Source of the DNA: Nitrospirota bacterium
GTDB taxonomy: Bacteria > Nitrospirota > Thermodesulfovibrionia > Thermodesulfovibrionales > JdFR-88
Direction: 5' to 3'
Assembly: GCA_021789935.1 (NCBI GenBank)
Contig: JAJYIR010000012.1
Coordinates: 2,219 to 66,218, forward strand
DNA: 64,000 bases
Positions within the stretch are counted from its first letter, which is position 1; every line of letters starts with the position of its first letter. The notes beneath the pieces are model-generated. The model did not search any database and was not told the origin of the DNA. It saw nothing but the letters and a program-made list of their open reading frames with translations. Of the stretch, positions 58,308-64,000 are shown one piece after another. A program made the position numbers and the translations under genes.

Positions 58308-58480
58308 TTTTTTGCCTCTCCTTTCGCCGCAAAAAACTTTCCCAAAAAGACATGTTTGTTTCTTATTTTACCCTGCGGCTGGTAAATTTCTCAAACATTT
58401 ATCTATAAATAATAATAATGCCGTTATCACCCGGGTATGTCGCGAAGGTCCGCAGTGAAGGGGCGCGATGAAAAGACATG

Positions 58481-58522
58481 TTGACTATATTTTTTTTGTC
58501 CTTTAAAATGTGCATATGCACA
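58481..58522 (+). promoter_or_regulatory. Sigma70 promoter with an overlapping palindromic operator upstream of the DUF134 gene
   Basis: TTGACT-17bp-TAAAAT (58481-58509) overlapping TGTGCATATGCACA (58509-58522). Confidence 0.7.
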
Positions 58523-58546
58523 AAATCAAAATATCCAGGGGTGTTT

Positions 58547-58846
58547 ATGTCTCCAAGGCCTAAGAAAGAGCGGGTTTGCGGGTGCAGCTTCATGGGTAGG
58601 GCATTCAAGCCCACCGGCATCCCGATGACCAGGATAGAGAAGATAACACTTTTAAGGGACGAACTTGAAGCGATTAAGCTCTGCGATATGGACGGACTGA
58701 CCCAGGAGCAGGCAGGGCTTAAGATGGGTATTTCGAGGGGGACTGTTCAGCGGATATTGACGAGTGCAAGGAAGAAAGTGGCGGAGGCCCTGTCCGGATG
58801 CAAGGCCATCGTGCTTGAAAACATTATTTGCAAAGAGGAGGAATAA
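58547..58846 (+). CDS. DUF134 (UPF0251) HTH protein
   Basis: MSPRPKK.R, FKPTGIP and DELEAIKLCD..GLTQEQAG..MGISRGT motifs. Confidence 0.85.
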   Translation: MSPRPKKERVCGCSFMGRAFKPTGIPMTRIEKITLLRDELEAIKLCDMDGLTQEQAGLKMGISRGTVQRILTSARKKVAEALSGCKAIVLENIICKEEE

Positions 58847-58847
58847 G

Positions 58848-59219
58848 ATGAAACTGTGTTTTCCCGTAAGTGAGCCTCAGTCGCTTGGCAGCAGGGTGTA
58901 CGGGCATTTCGGCTCGGCCCCGGCATTTATCGTGTTTGATACTGAAACCAAAAAGGAAAAGCCTGTCCTGAACGCCGACTCGCATCATGCCCACGGGATG
59001 TGCAGCCCCCTTAAGGCGCTGGCGGGCGAGCAGGTGGACGCCGTTGTGGTAGGGGGAATAGGCAGGGGCGCGCTTATGAGACTGAACGGGGCCGGCATAA
59101 AGGTTTATAAGGCCTTCGAAGGGACGGTCGCTGAGAATATAAAACTTTTTGAGGACGGGCGCTTGCCTCTTTTCAGCCCCCTGGCAGTCTGCTCCGGACA
59201 GGAAGGCTGCGCGCACTAA
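58848..59219 (+). CDS. NifB/NifX-family (dinitrogenase FeMo-co binding-like) protein
   Basis: HFGSAPAF, HAHGMC and VVGGIG.GAL..L...GIKVY motifs. Confidence 0.85.
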   Translation: MKLCFPVSEPQSLGSRVYGHFGSAPAFIVFDTETKKEKPVLNADSHHAHGMCSPLKALAGEQVDAVVVGGIGRGALMRLNGAGIKVYKAFEGTVAENIKLFEDGRLPLFSPLAVCSGQEGCAH

Positions 59220-59316
59220 AAAGACTTCAGCGGAATGCCTGAAGAAAATTCAGGCATCAGACCGGTAAGGACCCGGACACAATAAATTGTCCGGATACAA
59301 GGAAACCAGGAGAAAA

Positions 59317-59700
59317 ATGGAAAACAAAAATAAAAATAAAAAATTCGTTTTCATCATTACGCATTCCTACGATAACCCGGACGTGGTGGCCGGGGCGATG
59401 CAGCTTGCCACAAACATGAAGGCCTTTGACATGGAGCTCGATTTCTTCTTTATGGACAAAGGCGTACTGCTTGCGAAAAAGGGATTTGCAGAAACGCTCT
59501 CATGGCAGAAAAAGGACGAATTTTCACCTGTAGGGGAGCTCTTGAAGACGCTCATGGATTTCGGCGCCAGGTTCTACATCTGCGCTTCCTGCGTTAAGCA
59601 CTATGAGCTGGACAAAGCGGAACTCATAGAAAATTCCGAGATAAAACCCGGCTCTTTTTTGGCGGAGATGCTTCTGGAGCGGCAGAGCCTCAGCTTCTAA
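59317..59700 (+). CDS. DsrE-family protein
   Basis: FFMDKGVLLAKKG and GARFYICASC motifs. Start at ATG 59317 after AGGAG. Confidence 0.75.
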   Translation: MENKNKNKKFVFIITHSYDNPDVVAGAMQLATNMKAFDMELDFFFMDKGVLLAKKGFAETLSWQKKDEFSPVGELLKTLMDFGARFYICASCVKHYELDKAELIENSEIKPGSFLAEMLLERQSLSF

Positions 59701-59717
59701 CGTAGTTTTTATTTTTT

Positions 59718-59755
59718 AAAAAAAGAGGGGCTCCTTTCATCTGAGCGGAGCCCCT
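59718..59755. terminator. Terminator between the convergent dsrE-like genes
   Basis: AGGGGCTCC...GGAGCCCCT preceded by A7, which is a U-tract on the minus strand. Confidence 0.6.
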
Positions 59756-59796
59756 GGACAAGTGGGAAGATTAAATATCTCAAATAGAGGAATGCG

Positions 59797-60210
59797 CTAT
59801 ATAAATAAACTGCTCTGGGATTCCTGTGCGTATTCTATGAACCTGTCCGCATCGGCCACTTCCACATCTTCCACCAGGTCTTCTTTCTTGTACCCCATCA
59901 TTTGCATCGTCGCCGAGCACGCCACGAACTTGACCCCCGCGTCCCTGCACATCTGCAACATCTCGGGGATACCCGCCCAGTTTATATTTTTTGCCATTTG
60001 AGGCAGCATTTCCATTCCCGAAGGCGGTGGTATCTGTTTGTTCTTCTCTTTATGCAGGATGTTAAGGCCGCCGAACGCGAAGAATATCCTTACTTCCGTA
60101 TCCATGGCCGCTGCCGTGGAACCGATGACCAGTGGTGCATATGCCATGTCCAGAGTGCCTTTACTGGCGATTATGGCCATCATCTTCTTTGAGTCGCCGT
60201 TTCCTGCCAT
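59797..60210 (-). CDS. DsrE2/DrsH-like (peroxiredoxin-like) sulfur carrier family protein
   Basis: IIASKGTLDMAY, FFAFGGL and GVKFVACSATM motifs. Confidence 0.8.
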   Translation of the reverse strand: MAGNGDSKKMMAIIASKGTLDMAYAPLVIGSTAAAMDTEVRIFFAFGGLNILHKEKNKQIPPPSGMEMLPQMAKNINWAGIPEMLQMCRDAGVKFVACSATMQMMGYKKEDLVEDVEVADADRFIEYAQESQSSLFI

Positions 60211-60389
60211 TTGCCGAATCCTCCTTCTCGGAAGAAGTCATATTACCAAGAAGGAATATACTTGTCAATTAATAATGAAACTCTTAAATAAATTCCTAAA
60301 CTCTATGATTGATATTACCTAAAATTGCAATTATAAAGCAAACTCAATATTCCCAAAAAACCAAAATACTCAGGCTTTTTTTGTGGCCC

Positions 60390-60419
60390 TTGACAGTGAA
60401 CTATCGTTCACCCTAGAAT
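60390..60419 (+). promoter_or_regulatory. Sigma70 promoter with an SOS-box-like operator in the spacer
   Basis: TTGACA-[GTGAACTATCGTTCAC]CC-TAGAAT; the operator is GAAC-N4-GTTC. Confidence 0.75.
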
Positions 60420-60425
60420 AGGGGC

Positions 60426-61043
60426 GTGAGGGATACCAGGGAAGAGCTGCTCAGGTCACGGGCGGAAGATATAGCAGGGTTTTACCGGCGGAAAGGCAGG
60501 ATGCCCAGTTTTTCTGAGATCGGGCAGCTGGCAAACCTGGCCTCCAAAAACGCGGTCTTCAAGCTGGTTGGAAGGCTTGAAAGGCTGGGTGTTCTCATGC
60601 GGGATGAAAAAGGCAGGCTCATACCACTGGGGCCGATGTCAGACGAGAAAATGGCATATGGAAAAAAGCCTGTAAAGGTGCTTGGCACCGTTGAAGCGGG
60701 TTTTCCCAGTCCGGCCGAGGAGGAGCTTTCAGGCAACCTGTCTCTGGATGAGCTTTTGATACAGAACCGGGAAGCCACTTTCCTCCTGAAGGTCTCCGGA
60801 GATTCCATGTCCGGGGCGGGAATACTGCCCGGTGACATGGTGATTGTGGACAGGGGGCTTGCGCCCAAAAGCGGTGACATAGTCATTGCCCAGGTAGATG
60901 GCGACTGGACGATGAAGTACCTCAGAAAAAGGGGAAGCGATGTCCAGCTTATTCCGGCAAACCCCGCATATAAACCCATCAGGCCCAAAAGCGAGCTCAA
61001 GATAGCCGGGGTTGTGACCGCTGTTGTAAGGAAGTACAGGTAA
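60426..61043 (+). CDS. LexA/UmuD-type S24 autopeptidase with N-terminal HTH
   Basis: MPSFSEI HTH, VEAGFPSPAEE cleavage site, catalytic GDSM and TMKY. GTG start. Confidence 0.85.
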   Translation: MRDTREELLRSRAEDIAGFYRRKGRMPSFSEIGQLANLASKNAVFKLVGRLERLGVLMRDEKGRLIPLGPMSDEKMAYGKKPVKVLGTVEAGFPSPAEEELSGNLSLDELLIQNREATFLLKVSGDSMSGAGILPGDMVIVDRGLAPKSGDIVIAQVDGDWTMKYLRKRGSDVQLIPANPAYKPIRPKSELKIAGVVTAVVRKYR

Positions 61044-61121
61044 ACGGGCTGGATTTTCCCGGCCTGCCGCAGCTGGCGTATGTCAAGCTGGCAGATATCA
61101 AACTGATTGGAGACCCGATCC

Positions 61122-62468
61122 ATGAACCTTGAAACACAACAACAACAAAAAGAACAAAAACCCCTTACAGTCCATTCATGGCCGCAGGCAATACTCCATT
61201 TGGATGCTGACGCCTTTTTTGCCTCATGCGAACAGGCCATACACCCCGAACTCAGGGGCAGGCCGGTCATAACGGGCAAAGAGCGGGGCATTGTGGCCGC
61301 TGCAAGCTATGAGGCCAAGTCCAGGGGGGTTGGCCGGGGGATGAGGCTTTCCGAGGTAAAGAGGGTCTGTCCCGATGCTGTCATAGTGCCATCCGATTAT
61401 GAGACGTACAGTCTTTTTTCGTTAAGGATGTTCGAGATAATGAGGCGCTTTTCTCCGGACGTTGAGGAGTACTCTATAGATGAGGCCTTCATGGACTTGA
61501 CAGGGTTCAGGCGGAGTTTCCATGGTCCTTATGAAATGATAGCAGGGAAAATGCAGGCTGCCATCGAGGCCGAACTTGGCATAACGGTCTCCATCGGCGT
61601 AAGCCTCTCGAAGGTGCTTGCGAAGGTGGGCTCAAAACACGGAAAGCCAAAAGGGCTTACGATAATACCCGGAAGGGACATCCACCTGTATCTTCAGAAT
61701 CTGCCTGTCGGGAAGCTCTGGGGAATCGGGCCAAATACCGCCGCCTATCTTAATAAATTCGGCATCCAAACGGCGCTGGAGTTTGCGAGGAAGGACGAAA
61801 AGTTCGTCCGCGGGCACCTTTCAAAACCTTACCTGGAGATCTGGCACGAGCTGAACGGAAGGAGCGTCTACCCGGTCACATGCGAGTCAAAAAGCGCTTA
61901 TCAGTCCATCAGCAAAGCCAGGACCTTTACCCCGCCGTCAAAAGACGAGGCGTTCGTGTATGCGCAGCTTTCAAGGAACCTGGAGAACGCCTGCATGAAG
62001 GCCAGGCGTTATAACCTGCTTGCGTCAAGACTCGCCATATTCATTCGCAGGCAGGATTTCAGGAGCGAAGGTGTGGAGGTGAAGATGAACCTCCCGACGG
62101 CTTTTCCCTCCGGCCTGTCCAGTCCCCTTAAGGAGGGGTTCAGATATATTTTCCGTCACGGGGTGCTTTACCGGCAAACGGGCGTTGTCCTTGGGGGCCT
62201 GGTGCCCGAAAACAGCCTGCAATTTTCCCTGTTTGACGATGCCAGGAGGATTGAGAAGATGACCCGCGTCTATGACGCGGTGGACAGGCTGGCCCAAAAA
62301 TTCGGCAAGTATACGGTCATGCACGCTTCTTCCCTTCCCACTAAAATCCAGGCGCAGCACGAAGGGGAAAGGGGCGATGTCCCGGAAAGAAAACGGGAGA
62401 AAAATCTCTTCAGGGGTGAAAACGGAAGACGGCGGCTTGGGATGCCTGTTTTGAGGATCAAGGTATAG
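61122..62468 (+). CDS. Y-family DNA polymerase (DinB/UmuC-like)
   Basis: HLDADAFFAS, AASYEAK, YSIDEAF, LWGIG and QFSLF clamp-binding-like motif. Confidence 0.9.
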   Translation: MNLETQQQQKEQKPLTVHSWPQAILHLDADAFFASCEQAIHPELRGRPVITGKERGIVAAASYEAKSRGVGRGMRLSEVKRVCPDAVIVPSDYETYSLFSLRMFEIMRRFSPDVEEYSIDEAFMDLTGFRRSFHGPYEMIAGKMQAAIEAELGITVSIGVSLSKVLAKVGSKHGKPKGLTIIPGRDIHLYLQNLPVGKLWGIGPNTAAYLNKFGIQTALEFARKDEKFVRGHLSKPYLEIWHELNGRSVYPVTCESKSAYQSISKARTFTPPSKDEAFVYAQLSRNLENACMKARRYNLLASRLAIFIRRQDFRSEGVEVKMNLPTAFPSGLSSPLKEGFRYIFRHGVLYRQTGVVLGGLVPENSLQFSLFDDARRIEKMTRVYDAVDRLAQKFGKYTVMHASSLPTKIQAQHEGERGDVPERKREKNLFRGENGRRRLGMPVLRIKV

Positions 62469-62500
62469 GTCAAACTAAAAAAGTGTGCTTTAATATAGCC

Positions 62501-63286
62501 ATGGGAACTAAACTTGAGAGATTTTCCCTGGCTTTCCTTTTCGCTTTGCCCCTTGTATTGTCCCTCTTTTTTTCAACTCCGGGAACTTCCCTGGCGGGCA
62601 CTGCGGGTTTCTTCGGCGGCCCAGACGGTCTATCCTCCGGTTCTCCTTCATGCCCATTTTTGCTATGCAGTTTTGGTTCAATCAGCCCGTCAATGCCGCG
62701 CTTGCACCGCGCAGGCCCTTACGCCGGGGAATTTCTGGTTGCAACCAGGCAGCTTACGGACTCTGTTTTCTCGGAGACCGTTATACTGCTGATAGAATAC
62801 GGCAGTGACGGCGCGATGGGTCTGATAATAAACAGGCCATCCAAGGTGCCGGTCTCAAAACTCTTCCCTGAGATCAAAGACCTTAAAAAAAGAAACGACC
62901 TGGCTTATATCGGAGGGCCCGTGGAGCTGTACGAGGCTTTTTTGCTTCTGAATTCAAAATCGAAAAATCCGCCCGGGCAAGCGCTTCGTATTTTTGACGG
63001 AGTTTATATCAGCCCGGACATGCAGGCTCTAAGGAAAATGGTCGCGGACCCCAAGGCAAAATTCCGCATTTACGCCGGGTACGCGGGCTGGGCCTCCGGC
63101 CAGCTTGAAACGGAGATAAGCCGCGGCGACTGGTACATACTGCCAGCCGATGAAAAAACCCTCTTCGATATGCCCGCCTCTGAAATATGGCCGGATCTGA
63201 TCGATAGGGCCGGCATTGAGGCGATGAATAAAAACGGGTGCTTGACCAAGCCATTAATAAAACTAACCTGCCTCCGGAACTCTTAG
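62501..63286 (+). CDS. YqgE/AlgH family protein with N-terminal signal-like extension
   Basis: FLVAT..L.D..F..TVILL, GAMGLIINRP, GGPV and GYAGWASGQLE.EI motifs. Confidence 0.85.
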   Translation: MGTKLERFSLAFLFALPLVLSLFFSTPGTSLAGTAGFFGGPDGLSSGSPSCPFLLCSFGSISPSMPRLHRAGPYAGEFLVATRQLTDSVFSETVILLIEYGSDGAMGLIINRPSKVPVSKLFPEIKDLKKRNDLAYIGGPVELYEAFLLLNSKSKNPPGQALRIFDGVYISPDMQALRKMVADPKAKFRIYAGYAGWASGQLETEISRGDWYILPADEKTLFDMPASEIWPDLIDRAGIEAMNKNGCLTKPLIKLTCLRNS

Positions 63287-63813
63287 TGTTTTTCTTTTTT
63301 CTTTTTTCTTTTTTTTGATATCCCTCCCGTATTCGAAAATCCGGGATTGTTAATCTTTGCTCCCTTCACCCTCGTCCAAATGTCTGTCCTTCCAAAAAGC
63401 GGAAGAAGGACATAGCCTCTGAGCTTCAGCCGGTTTGGCGATGCAAGCCGCATACTGCCTCTGTAAGTATTTCCGCTCTTGGGGTCGTACAGCCTGCCTC
63501 CCACCCATTGGTTTGTCCTGAAACTGAAGCCTTTCATTATCGTCAAGCCCAGAATGGGACGGTTTCTCAATGCCGGGTTGGGATTTTTGCGGTCGGTTGG
63601 AGGTCCGTTCTTTACCCATACGATTTTGCCGCAAAATTTTGGGCCGCATTCGTATATCCTTACTTTTGCATTGCGGTCCCCGGTGAGCCATAAGCCCATG
63701 ATGGCATCGGCCCCGCTTGAGGACGCCGTCCGGACCACTGGCGCCAGCGCCGCTTGAGCAAGGAGCAGGACAAAAACAAAGCAGGGCAGGATTTTGCCTT
63801 TAAGGGGTTTCAT
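63283..63813 (-). CDS. DUF2147 domain exported protein
   Basis: Signal peptide; GLW, CGKIVW, D.KNPNP.LR.RP and GRLYDPKSG.TY motifs. Confidence 0.85.
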   Translation of the reverse strand: MKPLKGKILPCFVFVLLLAQAALAPVVRTASSSGADAIMGLWLTGDRNAKVRIYECGPKFCGKIVWVKNGPPTDRKNPNPALRNRPILGLTIMKGFSFRTNQWVGGRLYDPKSGNTYRGSMRLASPNRLKLRGYVLLPLFGRTDIWTRVKGAKINNPGFSNTGGISKKRKKKKEKH

Positions 63814-63838
63814 GTGCCTTTTTTGGAGCTGGCTTTCT

Positions 63839-64000
63839 CTACGCCTTCAGGTTTTTAAGAAAGCTTAAAAGCAGCCTGACGCCTATTCCTGTTGCCCCCT
63901 TTGCCAGATAGGGTTTATCCTTGTCTGTCCATGCAGTGCTCGCGATATCCAGGTGGACCCATGGCGTGTTTCCGGCGAATTCCTTGAGGAAATACCCGGC
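63839..64000 (-). CDS. pepA: Leucyl aminopeptidase, C-terminal fragment
   Basis: Minus strand reads AGYFLKEFAGNTPWVHLDIASTAW...GATGIGVRLL..*. Confidence 0.85.
   Translation of the reverse strand, partial: AGYFLKEFAGNTPWVHLDIASTAWTDKDKPYLAKGATGIGVRLLLSFLKNLKA

Noticed and set aside
453-63757. Many antisense or alternate-frame ORFs in the track (e.g. 13463-14536, 20647-21411, 49102-49908, 60482-61291)
   Set aside because: They overlap well-supported genes and show no family motifs, as expected for shadow ORFs.
1-64000. CRISPR arrays, tRNA/rRNA genes, prophage, transposase or defence genes
   Set aside because: No repeat-spacer periodicity, cloverleaf or rRNA signatures, or matching protein motifs were seen.

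Overview
Gene-dense chromosomal window (about 50-55% GC by eye) from a diderm, probably anaerobic bacterium. Gene content resembles Nitrospirota or Desulfobacterota, which is an inference only. Positions 0.3-48 kb are a motility supercluster, all on the + strand. It holds fliLMNOPQR-flhBAFG-fliA; a chemotaxis cassette (HEAT protein, cheR, two CheY-like proteins, P2-less cheA, a CheW-CheZ fusion, cheB, REC-HDOD); flgFGAHIJ-flgMNKL-csrA-fliW; two giant glycan-modifying fusion proteins; fliC-flaG-fliD-fliS; a c-di-GMP/two-component module; motAB; and a PilZ-REC gene. Sigma54 and sigma28 promoters and CsrA hairpins are recognisable. A 206-bp MITE carrying a REP dimer and an MFS exporter follow. 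Next is a molybdenum locus (FmdE-ModE fusion with a perfect ModE-type operator inside its own ORF, MoeA-like gene, moaA, modABC), convergent with a selenocysteine formate dehydrogenase that the ORF track splits at its UGA. The window ends with a DUF134/NifX/DsrE cluster, a LexA/UmuD-type plus Y-family polymerase cassette, YqgE, DUF2147 and a partial pepA. Best leads: the FmdE-ModE regulator with its intragenic operator in a TOBE-free Mo locus; the CheW-CheZ fusion; the GT2-methyltransferase-radical SAM fusion next to flagellin; and systematic Lys/Arg loss in the surface-exposed flagellar proteins. No rRNA, tRNA or CRISPR array was seen. All calls are from motif recognition by eye, with no database search.
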